Source: Tagaea sp.
GTDB lineage: Bacteria; Pseudomonadota; Alphaproteobacteria; CACIAM-22H2
NCBI GenBank assembly: GCA_965279525.1
Contig: CBDIIB010000003.1
Location: 192,001 to 256,000 of the forward strand
DNA length: 64,000 bases
Reading direction: 5' to 3'
How positions within the stretch are numbered: the first letter of the stretch is position 1; each line of letters opens with the position of its first letter. This document shows positions 1 to 10,507 of this stretch, piece by piece. Under the pieces are notes generated by a model, which was not told the origin of the DNA, ran no database searches, and worked only from the letters and a program-made list of their open reading frames with translations. The position numbers and the translations under genes are program-made.

Positions 1-582
1 CTGATCATGTGTCACAAACACGATCGTACGACCCAGCGTCTGATGGAGCTTCTTGATCTCGAGACGCATCTGCGCGCGAAGCTGCGCATCGAGATTCGAA
101 AGAGGCTCATCGAACAGGAACACGGCGGGATCACGGACCATCGCACGGCCGATCGCCACGCGCTGGCGCTGGCCACCGGAAAGCTCCGACGGGCGGCGAT
201 GCATCAGGTCGGTCAGGCCGAGCTTCCCGGCGATGTCTGCGACACGCCGTTCCTTCTCGACCTCCGGCATTTTCCGCGCGCGCAGGCCGAAGCCGATGTT
301 CTTGGCGACCGTCATGTGCGGATAGATCGCATAGTTCTGGAAGACCATCGCAATGTCGCGGTCCTTCGGTTCGATACGGTTGACGACGCGCCCGCCGATC
401 GAGATTTCGCCTTCGGTGACATCTTCCAGTCCGGCGATCATGCGCAGCGTCGTCGACTTGCCGCACCCAGATGGCCCGACAAGCACGACGAATTCGCCGC
501 TGACGACGGAAAGGTCGATGCCCTTGACGGCTTCCACCTTGCCGTAGCGCTTGACCAGTTTCGTTAGGGTGATTTCGGCCAT
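1..582 (-). CDS. Carbohydrate ABC transporter ATP-binding protein (MalK/UgpC type), runs off the left edge
   Basis: Not in the ORF track. Manual translation from CAT at 580-582 gives [53 protein letters not shown] (Walker A) and later [18 protein letters not shown]. Confidence 0.93.
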   Translation of the reverse strand, partial: MAEITLTKLVKRYGKVEAVKGIDLSVVSGEFVVLVGPSGCGKSTTLRMIAGLEDVTEGEISIGGRVVNRIEPKDRDIAMVFQNYAIYPHMTVAKNIGFGLRARKMPEVEKERRVADIAGKLGLTDLMHRRPSELSGGQRQRVAIGRAMVRDPAVFLFDEPLSNLDAQLRAQMRLEIKKLHQTLGRTIVFVTHDQ

Positions 583-592
583 TCGTCTGTTC

Positions 593-2101
593 CTATCCAC
601 GCGCGACAAGTCGGCCAAAGGCCGCGTCGAGTGCTTCTGCCTGGGTGGTCTCGCGCGTAAGTATCTCGGTGGCTTGCCGCGAGAAAGCGGCAGCCTGCGC
701 GCGATACCCTGCAAGGGCCTCGCGCATCGGTTCGGGCGCCGGACCGCCGGGGAGTGTGCGCACGGCGACGAAATTCGCGGGCGACACCACCGTGCGGAAG
801 CGCGCCTCGTCGATTTTAGCAGGGCGTCCGGCGGCATGCCGGAACGCCGTGGCGAACGGCGCATAGCCGGCGGCGGCAAGCGATGAGCCGGCGGCGACGA
901 CGGCGCGCGCTGTCGTGGCGGCGATTTCGTGCGCTTGCCGGAACGACAGGCCTTCCTCGCGTACGACGCTGTCGGCCAATTCGGTGATTGTGGCGCAGCT
1001 GCGGTCAAGATTGGCCGACACGCGCGCGGCGTCGATCCGCACGGCGCGGATCAGGCCCGCCAGAAGGTCGGTGGCGCGACCGGCATCGACGAAGGCGGCA
1101 TGGCAGGCGGCCTGCACTTCGCCCTCGATGTCGTTCATGTCGGTGAAAGGCGTGTTGTGGACGATCGAGACCGCGGTTTCCGCGCGGCCGGCGGCGAGCG
1201 AGGCGAGAAGGCGCGTGTGCTCGATCGGCACGGGATTGCGCTTCTGCGGCATTATCGACGAGATCTGGACGAAGCCGTCGGGGACGTGGAGTTGGCCGAC
1301 CTCGAACCCGGACCAGTACTGGAAATCCTGCACGATGCGGCCAAGATGCAGCATCGAAAGGCGCAGGGCCGAATAGGGCGCGGTGACGTAATCCGCTGCC
1401 GCGATGCAGCCGTAGCTGTTCTGCCGGATGCGCGCGAAGCCGAGCAGTTCGGCCATGCGGCTGCGGTCGAGCGGGAACCCGGTTGTGGTGATGGCACCAG
1501 CTCCCATCGAACTCTGGTCGACGATGGCCCGCGCGGCGACGAGGCGTTCGATGTCGGCGATGAGTATCTCGATATATGCCGACAGATAATGTCCGAACGT
1601 CGTCGGTTGGGCAGGCTGGCCGTGCGTATAGGCGACGACAAGCGTCCCGACCTCGGCTTCCGCTTTGGTGATCGTCGCATCGAGCAGGGCGCGCATCTTG
1701 GCGAGATGCCCGTCGATCCGTTCTTTCAGCACGATCTTGAAGATCGTGTGGTCGATGTCGTTGCGGCTGCGTCCGATATGCAGGCGGCCGGCGACGTCGG
1801 GATCGAGGCGGTCACGCAGAGCATGCTCGATCAGGAAGAACAGGTCCTCGACTTCGCCGGTATAGGGGATCGACTTCAGGTCGAGTGACTTCTCGATGTC
1901 GGCAAGTGCCTTCGCGATGGCGCTTGCTTGCGCATCCGGCAGGATTCCGGTTTCGTGGAGCATGACGCAATGCGCGCGGTCGATGCGGCGGAAGGCGTCA
2001 ACGAACGTGGACTTCGCCCCCTCGAAGAGAGGCGCCAGAACCGTGTCCTTGAAGACGGGAGCGGGGAACCGGTCGTCTGAACCGGCGAGCGGAGCGGACA
2101 T
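593..2101 (-). CDS. argH: Argininosuccinate lyase family (fumarase/aspartase superfamily) C-N lyase, divergent ArgH2-like
   Basis: Motifs [18 protein letters not shown] and [10 protein letters not shown]. Lacks the canonical N-terminal WGGRF, and [12 protein letters not shown] stands where ArgH has YNKDxQEDK. Confidence 0.85.
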   Translation of the reverse strand: MSAPLAGSDDRFPAPVFKDTVLAPLFEGAKSTFVDAFRRIDRAHCVMLHETGILPDAQASAIAKALADIEKSLDLKSIPYTGEVEDLFFLIEHALRDRLDPDVAGRLHIGRSRNDIDHTIFKIVLKERIDGHLAKMRALLDATITKAEAEVGTLVVAYTHGQPAQPTTFGHYLSAYIEILIADIERLVAARAIVDQSSMGAGAITTTGFPLDRSRMAELLGFARIRQNSYGCIAAADYVTAPYSALRLSMLHLGRIVQDFQYWSGFEVGQLHVPDGFVQISSIMPQKRNPVPIEHTRLLASLAAGRAETAVSIVHNTPFTDMNDIEGEVQAACHAAFVDAGRATDLLAGLIRAVRIDAARVSANLDRSCATITELADSVVREEGLSFRQAHEIAATTARAVVAAGSSLAAAGYAPFATAFRHAAGRPAKIDEARFRTVVSPANFVAVRTLPGGPAPEPMREALAGYRAQAAAFSRQATEILTRETTQAEALDAAFGRLVARG

Positions 2102-2105
2102 CGGA

Positions 2106-2954
2106 TTATCCTTTCAGCCCGGCGAGGACGACGCCGCGGATGATGTAGCGCTGGAAGATCAGGAAGATGAGAAGCGTGGGGATCGTCGCGAGGCTGGCGC
2201 CGGTCATGATCAGTTCCCAGTCGATCTGCTGTTCGACCGAAAACGTCGTGAGGCCGACCGGGAGCGTGTAGAGCTTCGGCGACGTCGTCACGATCAGCGG
2301 CCAGAGAAAGGCCGTCCAGTTACCGAGGAAGACGAAGATCGCGAGGGCGGAAAGCGCCGGCGTCACGAGCGGCATCGCGATCGTCCACCAGATCGCGAAC
2401 TCGCCCTGGCCATCAATGCGAGCGGCGTCGAGGAAATCGTCGGGGACGGTCTCGAAGAACTGCTTCATCAGGAACGTGCCGAAGGCTGTCATGATGCCTG
2501 GAAACATGATGCCCCATGTCGTGTCGAGCCAGCCGAACGTGGCCGACATCATGTACCAGGGGATCACGAGCATTTCGGTCGGGATCATCAGCGTCGACAG
2601 GATCGCGAGAAAAACGAGATAGCGGCCGCGGAAGTGGAACTTCGCCAGCGTGTAGCCGACGAGACTGTCGAAGAAGACGTTCGACAGCGTCACGACGGTG
2701 GCGATGAAGAGCGAGTTCAGGAACCACCGGGCGAAGCGTCCGTCCTTCAGGACGTGAACATAGTTCTCCAGCGTGGGTTCGCGCGGGATGAGCGTGAGTT
2801 GGTAGACCTCGTGCGGATGCTTGAACGACGTCATCAGCATGTAGAAGACGGGCGTGACCATCAGGACGCCGCCGATTGCCAGAAGCGTCCATGCGATGAT
2901 GCGGCCGGGGCGAAGGTCGGCGAGATGGGCCGGTAGCTGCGGCACGCTGGCCAT
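2106..2954 (-). CDS. Carbohydrate ABC transporter permease (MalG-like)
   Basis: Multiple TM helices; EAA loop DAARIDG; operon context. Confidence 0.93.
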   Translation of the reverse strand: MASVPQLPAHLADLRPGRIIAWTLLAIGGVLMVTPVFYMLMTSFKHPHEVYQLTLIPREPTLENYVHVLKDGRFARWFLNSLFIATVVTLSNVFFDSLVGYTLAKFHFRGRYLVFLAILSTLMIPTEMLVIPWYMMSATFGWLDTTWGIMFPGIMTAFGTFLMKQFFETVPDDFLDAARIDGQGEFAIWWTIAMPLVTPALSALAIFVFLGNWTAFLWPLIVTTSPKLYTLPVGLTTFSVEQQIDWELIMTGASLATIPTLLIFLIFQRYIIRGVVLAGLKG

Positions 2955-2956
2955 GG

Positions 2957-3850
2957 TCAGCGGTCCTTCATGATGCGGAGCTGGAGCAGGGAGATGGCGA
3001 GCAGTACGACGAACAGAACGACGGTCTGCGCGGCTGCATATCCGAGTTCGTAGGAGCGGAACGCGGTCTGGTAGATCAGCAGCACGAGCGGCTTGGTCGA
3101 ATCCAGCGGACCACCGGGATCGTTCGTCGTCATGTTGTAGACTTGGTCAAAGATTCGCAGGTATCCGATCGACGAGAACACGACGAGGAAGATTACGGTC
3201 GGCCGCATCAGCGGGATCGTGATCTCGCGCAGGATTGTCCAGTCCGACACGCCGTCCATGCGCGCGGCCTCGTAGTAGCTGGTCGGGATCGCGCGCAGGC
3301 CGGCCATGAAGATGATCACCTGGAAGCCGAGCCCGTGCCAGATCGCGGTTGCGAGAATCGACGGCAACGCGTTCGTCGTCGAGGCGAGGAACGCGATCTG
3401 CGGCAGGCCGAGACTGGAGATCGCATTGTTGATCACGCCGATCGGGACGGGTTGGTAGAACCAGCGCCAGACCCATGCCATTGCGGCGGCCGTCGTCAGG
3501 AACGGCAGGAAGTAGAGTGCCCGGATGAGCCCTTGCATGAACCGCACGCGGTCCAGCTGGTAGGCGACGAGGAAAGACAGCACGATCGACAGCGGCGTGC
3601 CGACAATGAGGTAGATGAACGTGTTCGCGAAGACCTTCCAGAATACGGGGTCGTTCGCGAGGCGGACATAATTGTCGAAGCCAACCCAGCGTTGCTCACC
3701 GATCAGACGCCAGGAATGCAGGGAGACGTAGAAGGATTCGAGCGTGGGATAGAAGCGGACGAGGACATAGAACGCGAGCGGAACCGCAAGGAACGTCCAA
3801 GCCCAGACAACCCGCTTCTGTTCGATCGTTCTGTTCGCGTACCAACTCAT
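2957..3850 (-). CDS. Carbohydrate ABC transporter permease (MalF-like)
   Basis: WVGFDNY, EAARMDG and TM helices. Confidence 0.93.
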   Translation of the reverse strand: MSWYANRTIEQKRVVWAWTFLAVPLAFYVLVRFYPTLESFYVSLHSWRLIGEQRWVGFDNYVRLANDPVFWKVFANTFIYLIVGTPLSIVLSFLVAYQLDRVRFMQGLIRALYFLPFLTTAAAMAWVWRWFYQPVPIGVINNAISSLGLPQIAFLASTTNALPSILATAIWHGLGFQVIIFMAGLRAIPTSYYEAARMDGVSDWTILREITIPLMRPTVIFLVVFSSIGYLRIFDQVYNMTTNDPGGPLDSTKPLVLLIYQTAFRSYELGYAAAQTVVLFVVLLAISLLQLRIMKDR

Positions 3851-3862
3851 TGCTGACTGGAA

Positions 3863-3890
3863 TGGCCCCGCGGACCGGTCCGCGGGGCCA
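3863..3890. terminator. Perfect 28-bp palindrome between the SBP and permease genes (mRNA-stabilising hairpin or partial terminator)
   Basis: TGGCCCCGCGGACC|GGTCCGCGGGGCCA, just downstream of the SBP stop on the - strand. Confidence 0.7.
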
Positions 3891-3896
3891 CCTCCG

Positions 3897-5153
3897 TCAC
3901 TTCTTGTAGAAGCCGTCGAGCAGTTTCTGCTCGGCTTCCGCCATGATCTTCAGCGACACCGCCGGATCCTGGTTCTCGAGAAGGATGCGGCTGACCGCAT
4001 CCATCACCATCTGGCGCTGGGCGGACTCGTCGACGAAACGCGTGGCGTGCGCTTCCTTGAGGCCGGCTACGAACGGGCCGTAGATCGGACTTTCGGTCGC
4101 AGCTTTCGAATTGGCGGCCGCTTCGCGCGCCGGCAGCTCGCCGGTGACGTCGAGCCAGTGCTGCATCGCATCCGGCGTCGTCACGAAGGCGAGGAACTTC
4201 GTCGCGGCGTCGAGTTTGGTGCCCTTCGAGGAAGCCGTGATGCCGTTCACCCAATAAGAACCGTAGTTCGAACGGATTCCGTTATGGCTGGGCAGCGGAG
4301 CGACGACCCACTCGAGGCCCCGGGTACGCTCGAGCGCGCCGATGCGGAAGTTGCCGTCGACCATCAGGCCGGCGCGCTGGGCGCGGAAGGCCGCCTGCGG
4401 CTCGTCCATGAATCCGCGCGCGGTGACCTTGTGGGTGCGGAAGAGATCGACATACCAGGTCAGCGCCTTCAGGCCGGCCTCGGAATTGTACGTGACCTGC
4501 CTGCCGTCGGCCGAATAGGGCGTGCCGCCGAACTGTCGCACGAGCACTTCGCGCCACCAATGCTGGTCCTGCCATTCCACGCCGGCGCCGATGCCGACCT
4601 GCGTGATGTTGCCCGAGGCGTCGCGCTTGGTCATCTTCTTGGCCGCGTCGAGGAGGGCGTCGAGCGTCGCCGGCGGCTTCGCGGGGTCGAGGCCGGCTTC
4701 CTTCATCAGGCGCGTATTGTAGAAGACCGACAGCGACCGTACCGCGGTCGGCAGCGCAAAGTACGCGCCGTCGCGTTTCATTTCGCGGATCATCGGGAAA
4801 AATTCGGATTCGATCTTCGCAGCCGGGAAGGCAGCCGCGGGCAGCGGCTGCAGGATCTTGCTCGCGTGAAAATCGTCGAGCCATCCGTAGAAGAGCTGAA
4901 CCACGTCCGGGCCCTGGCCGGCGGCCATCGCAGCCGAGACCTTCGTGCGGTAGTCGTTGTAGGGAAAATTGACGTGCTTGACCTTGATTGCGGGGTTGGC
5001 GGCCTCGAACCGCTTGATCAGTTCGTCCATCGCGCGAACGCGCGTCTCGAAGGTGTACTGCCAGTACTCGATCTCGACGGGCTGGGCCTTGGCCCCGCCT
5101 GCGAGGCCGACGGCGAGCAGCGCTGCCGCGGCAAGGCTCTTCAGAATCCGCAT
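3897..5153 (-). CDS. ABC transporter extracellular solute-binding protein (family 1, sugar type)
   Basis: Signal peptide ending AKA-Q; FEAANPAIKVK, GQGPDV, PPATLDALLDAAKKMT. Confidence 0.92.
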   Translation of the reverse strand: MRILKSLAAAALLAVGLAGGAKAQPVEIEYWQYTFETRVRAMDELIKRFEAANPAIKVKHVNFPYNDYRTKVSAAMAAGQGPDVVQLFYGWLDDFHASKILQPLPAAAFPAAKIESEFFPMIREMKRDGAYFALPTAVRSLSVFYNTRLMKEAGLDPAKPPATLDALLDAAKKMTKRDASGNITQVGIGAGVEWQDQHWWREVLVRQFGGTPYSADGRQVTYNSEAGLKALTWYVDLFRTHKVTARGFMDEPQAAFRAQRAGLMVDGNFRIGALERTRGLEWVVAPLPSHNGIRSNYGSYWVNGITASSKGTKLDAATKFLAFVTTPDAMQHWLDVTGELPAREAAANSKAATESPIYGPFVAGLKEAHATRFVDESAQRQMVMDAVSRILLENQDPAVSLKIMAEAEQKLLDGFYKK

Positions 5154-5254
5154 CCTGATCTCCCTCGTGTTATGCCGGGCGGTTCACGTTGCGCGCCGCG
5201 GCGAATGCCAATGAATTCGCGATTATGAAGCGCATGGGGCCATCGGCAAGTCAA

Positions 5255-5275
5255 TAACCCAAATCTGTTGAATTA
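5255..5275. promoter_or_regulatory. Candidate ROK-family operator in the divergent promoter
   Basis: Imperfect AT-rich inverted repeat TAACCCAA-N5-TTGAATTA between the ABC operon and the ROK gene. Confidence 0.45.
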
Positions 5276-5302
5276 ATCGAAGGGGCTCCCTAGGCTTGTC
5301 GC

Positions 5303-6460
5303 ATGCGCGATATGCCTTCCAATGTCTACGACACGCGCGAACACAACCGGCGCGTTGTCCTGCAGGCACTTCGCCGGTACGGAACGCTCAGTCGGCCCGA
5401 TCTTGCGCGCCTCACCGGTCTGTCGGCGCAAGGTGTCACGAATATTGCCGACGAATTGCTGCGTGATCGCCTCGTTCGCAACGCCGGGCGGCGTCGCGGC
5501 GGCCGCGGCCAGCCGCCACTCGATCTGGCCATCGATCCGGCCGGTGGCGCCACGATCGGCGTCGAACTGCGGCATGACGCGATGGTCGTGGTGCTGGCCG
5601 ACCTCCAAGGCGTAGCGCTGCGCCAGAAGACGGTACCATTGCCTTCCGCCGATCCGCAGACTGTCGCGCGTGCGCTCCCCAAGGCGATCGGCAGCTTCTT
5701 GGCGCTCGCGGCGTCCAAGGCAGCCGGTCCGATCATCGGCATCGGAATCGTGGCGCCTTGGCCGACTAGAGGCGCATCGGGCGCGCGCCGCAGCACCGAG
5801 CTTCCGGGCTGGGACCACCTTGCGGATCCGAGCGCCTTCCTGACCGGGGCGCTCGGCTACGACGTCGTGATCGAGAACGATGCCGCCGCCGCTGCCCTCG
5901 GCGAGCACCTGATGGGAGCCGGCCGTAGGTATTCGCGCGTGGCCTGCCTCTACATGGGGCGGGGTCTCGGTCTCGGCCTTGTGCTTGACGGGCGCCTCTA
6001 TCGCGGCGCGACCGGGAACGCGGGCGAGATCGGCCATGTCGTCGTCGAGCCTGGCGGGAGGCCATGTTTCTGCGGCCAGCGTGGCTGCCTCGAACGCTAT
6101 GTGTCGCTTGAAGCCGCACTCGCCGATCTCGGCGTGCCGGCACTCGACGCGAAAGTCGATGCGAGCCTGCTGGGGCGCTGGCTCGATGGCGCCGCAATCC
6201 GGCTCGCGGATGCTGTCGTCATGATCGAGAACCTGTTCGATCCCGACACGATCCTCATCGCCGGACTTTCCCTGCAACTGGTCGAGGGGATCGTCGCGCG
6301 GCTTGGCCGCCTGCCGGCATCGTTGGCACCGCGACCCGGTCCGCGTGTCCTGCAGGGCGAGTGCGGACCCTATAGTGCGGCACGCGGAGCTGCATCGTTG
6401 CCACTCTACGGCCGTGAAGCGCCGCATCTGGCGACCCGGGCTGCGATGTCACGCGCATGA
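5303..6460 (+). CDS. ROK family transcriptional regulator (NagC/XylR-like)
   Basis: wHTH SRPDLARLTGLS; ENDAAAAALGEH; GEIGH and CFCGQRGCLE zinc motif. Confidence 0.93.
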   Translation: MRDMPSNVYDTREHNRRVVLQALRRYGTLSRPDLARLTGLSAQGVTNIADELLRDRLVRNAGRRRGGRGQPPLDLAIDPAGGATIGVELRHDAMVVVLADLQGVALRQKTVPLPSADPQTVARALPKAIGSFLALAASKAAGPIIGIGIVAPWPTRGASGARRSTELPGWDHLADPSAFLTGALGYDVVIENDAAAAALGEHLMGAGRRYSRVACLYMGRGLGLGLVLDGRLYRGATGNAGEIGHVVVEPGGRPCFCGQRGCLERYVSLEAALADLGVPALDAKVDASLLGRWLDGAAIRLADAVVMIENLFDPDTILIAGLSLQLVEGIVARLGRLPASLAPRPGPRVLQGECGPYSAARGAASLPLYGREAPHLATRAAMSRA

Positions 6461-8265
6461 ACGGTGACGCGTTGCGGCTGGAAGCCGAGGCGGCCGCGGA
6501 TCGTACCTGGGGGCTGGAACTTGCGCTTCGCGGATTGACGGGCACGCTGTCGCTCCTGCAGGTCGGCGCGCATCCGGACGATGAATCCAGCAGGCTGATC
6601 GCGACTCTTGTTCGTCGGCACGCAATGACGGTCGGCTATGCTTGCGCGACGCGCGGTGAAGGCGGGCAGAATGCGCTAGGACCGGAACGCGGGGCTGCCC
6701 TCGGCGCTCTTCGGACCGACGAGATGGAAGCCGCAGCAGCACGGCTCGGAATTTCCATGCACTGGCTTGCGGAACTTGGCGACGAAGCGCTGTGCGATTT
6801 CGGGTTTTCGAAGAGTGCGGAAGATACGCTGCGCCGTTGGGGGCATGCTTTTGCGCTGGAACGGCTCGTGCGCTGCATCCGGCTGATGCAGCCGGACATC
6901 CTGTGCACGACCTTCCGCGACGTCGATGGCCAGCACGGGCATCACCGTGCGATTTCGCGACTTACGGCGGAAGCGTTCGGAATTTCGGGCGATGTCGCTG
7001 CGTTTCCCGAACATGCCGCCGAAGGTATCGGGGCATGGAAACCGTCGCTCCTGTACGAACCAGCCTGGTCGGGTGCCGACGGAACTTACGACGATATGGC
7101 GCCGCCGTCAGGACACGTCCAAGTCGACGTTGGCGAGTGCGATCCGGCAAACGGCGTTCCATACGCGCGAATCGGCGAGTGGTCGCGCGTCTGCCACCGC
7201 ACGCAGGAAATGGGACAGTGGGTCGAGGCGGGGCCGCGCGCCGTTTCGCTCAGGCTCGTCGCGCGCAACGACGGCGGCATCGTCGTCGCCGACCGGCTCG
7301 GCCAATCGCTGCCGGCCACGCTGCGCGAATTGGCGGTGACGACAGGTATTCCGGAACTTGGAAGGGTGCAGGACGCGATCGAGGTCGCGCGTGCCGAGAT
7401 GCCGGATCGGGCGGCGGTAATCCGCCATCTCGAAGCTGCGCGACGCATCCTCGGGACGATCCGGATCACCGAACCGCTTGCCGATCCGCTGAAGCGCAAG
7501 GACGCGCAGATACAGGATGCGATCCGTCTTGCGGTGGATCATGCTGGCCGATGTCCGCCTCATCCGGTCCGAATTCCAGCGCCGGCCGTCAGGCGCGACG
7601 TGCGACCGGATGATGTCATCCGCCCCGATGGCGCGCGCATTGCCTATCTGGGCGGCGGGCTCGATACGGTCGGCGACTGGATCGCCGCATTGGGGATCGA
7701 CAGGGTCGATCTGCAGAATTTCGATCCGGCGGTATTCGCGCGTGGGGGGTTCACGACCGCGCTCGTCGGTATCCGCGCGTTCGAGCGGCGCGACGACCTT
7801 CGGGCGAATGTCGAAGCGCTGCATGATTTCGTCCACGCGGGCGGCCATCTCGTGACGTTGTACCATCGCGCCGGAAAGGGCTGGATGCCGGAACGCATGC
7901 CACCCGCCCGCATCGAGATCGGTTCGCCGAGCATCCGCTGGCGCGCCTGCGATCCGGAAGCGCAGGTTGAGATAGTCGTTCCCAATCATCCGTTGATGGA
8001 AATTCCCAACCGGATCGGACCGGCGGATTGGAATGGTTGGCGACGGGAGCGCGGCCTCTATTTTGCGAGCGCCTGGGATCCGGCCTATGTGCCGCTGCTG
8101 CGCGTGACCGATCCGGGCGAAGAACGGCATCTCGGAAGCCTGCTTTCCGGCCGCTTCGGGAAGGGAAGACACACGCACGTTGCACTTGCCCTCCATAACG
8201 AGATCGAGTTCGGCACACCCGGTGCGTTGCGCCTGATGTGCAACATCGTCTCGCCGCCGGACTGA
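6457..8265 (+). CDS. PIG-L/LmbE family deacetylase with C-terminal class I glutamine amidotransferase-like domain
   Basis: AHPDDE, ATRGEGGQN, HGHH; C-terminal GG-LV-LYH and W-RERGLYF motifs; ATGA overlap with the ROK gene. Confidence 0.88.
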   Translation: MNGDALRLEAEAAADRTWGLELALRGLTGTLSLLQVGAHPDDESSRLIATLVRRHAMTVGYACATRGEGGQNALGPERGAALGALRTDEMEAAAARLGISMHWLAELGDEALCDFGFSKSAEDTLRRWGHAFALERLVRCIRLMQPDILCTTFRDVDGQHGHHRAISRLTAEAFGISGDVAAFPEHAAEGIGAWKPSLLYEPAWSGADGTYDDMAPPSGHVQVDVGECDPANGVPYARIGEWSRVCHRTQEMGQWVEAGPRAVSLRLVARNDGGIVVADRLGQSLPATLRELAVTTGIPELGRVQDAIEVARAEMPDRAAVIRHLEAARRILGTIRITEPLADPLKRKDAQIQDAIRLAVDHAGRCPPHPVRIPAPAVRRDVRPDDVIRPDGARIAYLGGGLDTVGDWIAALGIDRVDLQNFDPAVFARGGFTTALVGIRAFERRDDLRANVEALHDFVHAGGHLVTLYHRAGKGWMPERMPPARIEIGSPSIRWRACDPEAQVEIVVPNHPLMEIPNRIGPADWNGWRRERGLYFASAWDPAYVPLLRVTDPGEERHLGSLLSGRFGKGRHTHVALALHNEIEFGTPGALRLMCNIVSPPD

Positions 8266-8492
8266 GCTCGAACGCCTGTTTCAGGTTCCTGTAGACGTCA
8301 ACGGCCCGGCGGACGCGCCGGCTGATATCTTCCAAGGCGGCGGTATCGATTATTTTGCAATATGCGCGCCTCAATCTCCGTCCAACGTTGATCAAGCGAC
8401 GCTGCTGCGCTCCTTCGATCAAATAGATCCAAATTGCCTGCTCGGAGTTTCGAAAAGGCACAATTCAACTATTGGCGCTATCGCCCCGAATG

Positions 8493-9284
8493 CTATCGGG
8501 TTCTCGCCGCCAAGCGCAAAGCACCTGAGACACGTGACGTAGAAGTTTCCGATCCAGCCGCTGGAATGCCTCGCTGCTGTATTGTCTGCCGCGATTTGCG
8601 CCGCCAGATGAGCCTCGACCTTCGCGCACGCCACGCGAAGCTGGAGCAGGGTACGGCGAAGTCAGTCGGCAATATTCCAAAGGAATCCCTTAGTGCAACT
8701 GCGATGCTGTAGTCGTTATCGATCTTATGCGAAGCGAGATGCCAAAAATTTCCGTCAAGCATCTCCGTCCAAGATCCACTACGTGGCCCGGTATGGAACC
8801 GATCTACTCGATCGGTCACCTGAGCCCACCCTATCCCCGTCGCTTTGGCGAACGCTTCCCTTAGAGTCCAGATGCGATAGAACTCTTCGAGCCCATATTG
8901 GAAGACGGCGGCTCGCTCCTGGGGCCCGAACGCCACTGCTGTAAGAGCGGAAACATCGCGCGGCTTGTGCCTTTCGATGTCGATACCCAGTGCGCCATGC
9001 CCGCACACGGCCGCCGCTGCGAACGATTTGGAATGTGCCAGTGAGATTGAAGGGCCAATCTCGCCGTCTGGGGCAATGAGATGTGGTTTGCCGCGCCGGT
9101 CTTTCGCGATCCGGAAACGGGATATTTCGCCAATTCCAGCAACAAGGAAGTGAGTCAATGCCCGTGCAAGCAACGATGCCGGTCGGTCGCCTGAAGCCAT
9201 AAGATCGGCCGGTCCGGCCCACTTCCGAACGAAAGTTGGTGCATCCGGATCGTCCAGTCGCATCGACGCAAAGCTCAAATCCAC
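8493..9284 (-). CDS. Sfp-type 4'-phosphopantetheinyl transferase
   Basis: GKP, SLAHS, GIDIE and WTLREAFAKATG motifs; divergent from the PKS cluster. The C-terminal ~50 aa look like a non-conserved extension. Confidence 0.88.
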   Translation of the reverse strand: MDLSFASMRLDDPDAPTFVRKWAGPADLMASGDRPASLLARALTHFLVAGIGEISRFRIAKDRRGKPHLIAPDGEIGPSISLAHSKSFAAAAVCGHGALGIDIERHKPRDVSALTAVAFGPQERAAVFQYGLEEFYRIWTLREAFAKATGIGWAQVTDRVDRFHTGPRSGSWTEMLDGNFWHLASHKIDNDYSIAVALRDSFGILPTDFAVPCSSFAWRARRSRLIWRRKSRQTIQQRGIPAAGSETSTSRVSGALRLAARTR

Positions 9285-9404
9285 GGCTGCAACCTGATGG
9301 GATTTAGACTTGTTCTTTAGTTATGTTATGTTGTGCGTGGCTATAGCGCTATTGAATTCAAAAAAGTATGCTGAAGTTCTACCAAATTTCATTGGAGGGG
9401 TAAG

Positions 9405-9815
9405 TTGGTGGGGGTATTGGCAAAGCGGATCCTGCTGGTCTGCGTGCTGGGGATATCCGTCGCGGCATGCAGGCAACCTCAGCCGATCAACAATGTAAAT
9501 AATCACGCGATTCCGGGCATGGCGCAGCAGAAACTGACGGAAGAGAAGATTGGGGAACTGATTGTTCGGGCCGCCGTTGCAACCGATTGGAGTATTGAGC
9601 CGATCGGCGTCGGACGCTACCGAATCACAACTCGCTGGCGTGAGTTCAGCGCCGTCTCTGAGATCGCCTATACGCGCCAGAGTTACAGCATCCAGCTCGA
9701 TCATTCACGGAATCTCAAAGAAAAGAACGGAATGATCCACCCTCGATACAATCAAAAAATACAGACGCTCACGGTCGAGATTGATCGGCAGCTGACCCTT
9801 GCCGCCCTAAATTGA
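9405..9815 (+). CDS. Lipoprotein at the head of the APE cluster
   Basis: Lipobox VAAC; GGAGG upstream; C-terminal IHPRYN-I-L-I-RQL as recalled for APE-linked lipoproteins. Exact start uncertain. Confidence 0.75.
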   Translation: MVGVLAKRILLVCVLGISVAACRQPQPINNVNNHAIPGMAQQKLTEEKIGELIVRAAVATDWSIEPIGVGRYRITTRWREFSAVSEIAYTRQSYSIQLDHSRNLKEKNGMIHPRYNQKIQTLTVEIDRQLTLAALN

Positions 9816-9820
9816 GTGCG

Positions 9821-10507
9821 ATGGTGCATCTTACTTTCCGCATAAAGGGCTGGGCCGGTTGGACGCCGAATGGCGGGGAATGCGGCATGTCCGATGCGTC
9901 GACGATGCCGTCGATGCTGCGCAGGCGAGTCGGGTCGCTCGGGCAGTCGGCGCTGCGCGCCGCTTGGGGCTTGCGCGGCGCCGAGAAGTCGCGACTTGTC
10001 TTCTCGTCCCGCCACGGTGAATTCGCACGCACGACGAAGATCATGGAGGCTCTGGCCCGGCACGAAGAAGTATCGCCGGCCGATTTCAGCCTATCGGTCC
10101 ATCACGCGCTCGCCGGCCTGCTGTCCATCGCGACGGCCAACGGCAGGGGACACAGCGCCGTCGCCGCCTGCCGCGACAGTTTCTGCAACGCGTTTCTCGA
10201 GGCCGTGGCGAGTCTGGCCGAAGCGCCGTCGGAGGACGTCACGCTCGTCTACTACGACGAGCCGTTGCCCGCTCCGTTTGCCGACTTCGGCGCGTCCGAC
10301 GAGGAGCATCTTGTACTGGCGCTGCTGCTGTCGGCCGCGGACGGCTCGCCCATGCGCATGACGATGCACGCGTGCAAGGTCGATGACGTGCCGACGGCGC
10401 GGCCCGCCGAAGCATTCCTGGCGTTCCTGCGGGAGGATCGCGCCAGCTGCGAGACCTTCGGCGCGCGACAGGTCTGGCGGTGGGAACGGTCCGATGTTCC
10501 GCATTGA
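9821..10507 (+). CDS. apeC: Beta-ketoacyl synthase chain length factor
   Basis: MLRRR, VFSSRHGE, VSPADFSLSVHHA, YYDEPLP; ATG at 9821. Confidence 0.88.
   Translation: MVHLTFRIKGWAGWTPNGGECGMSDASTMPSMLRRRVGSLGQSALRAAWGLRGAEKSRLVFSSRHGEFARTTKIMEALARHEEVSPADFSLSVHHALAGLLSIATANGRGHSAVAACRDSFCNAFLEAVASLAEAPSEDVTLVYYDEPLPAPFADFGASDEEHLVLALLLSAADGSPMRMTMHACKVDDVPTARPAEAFLAFLREDRASCETFGARQVWRWERSDVPH

Noticed and set aside
7751-8712. Short ORFs in the AT-richer gap between the PIG-L and PPTase genes
   Set aside because: No recognisable motifs, and they overlap real genes. A gene remnant cannot be excluded but is unsupported.
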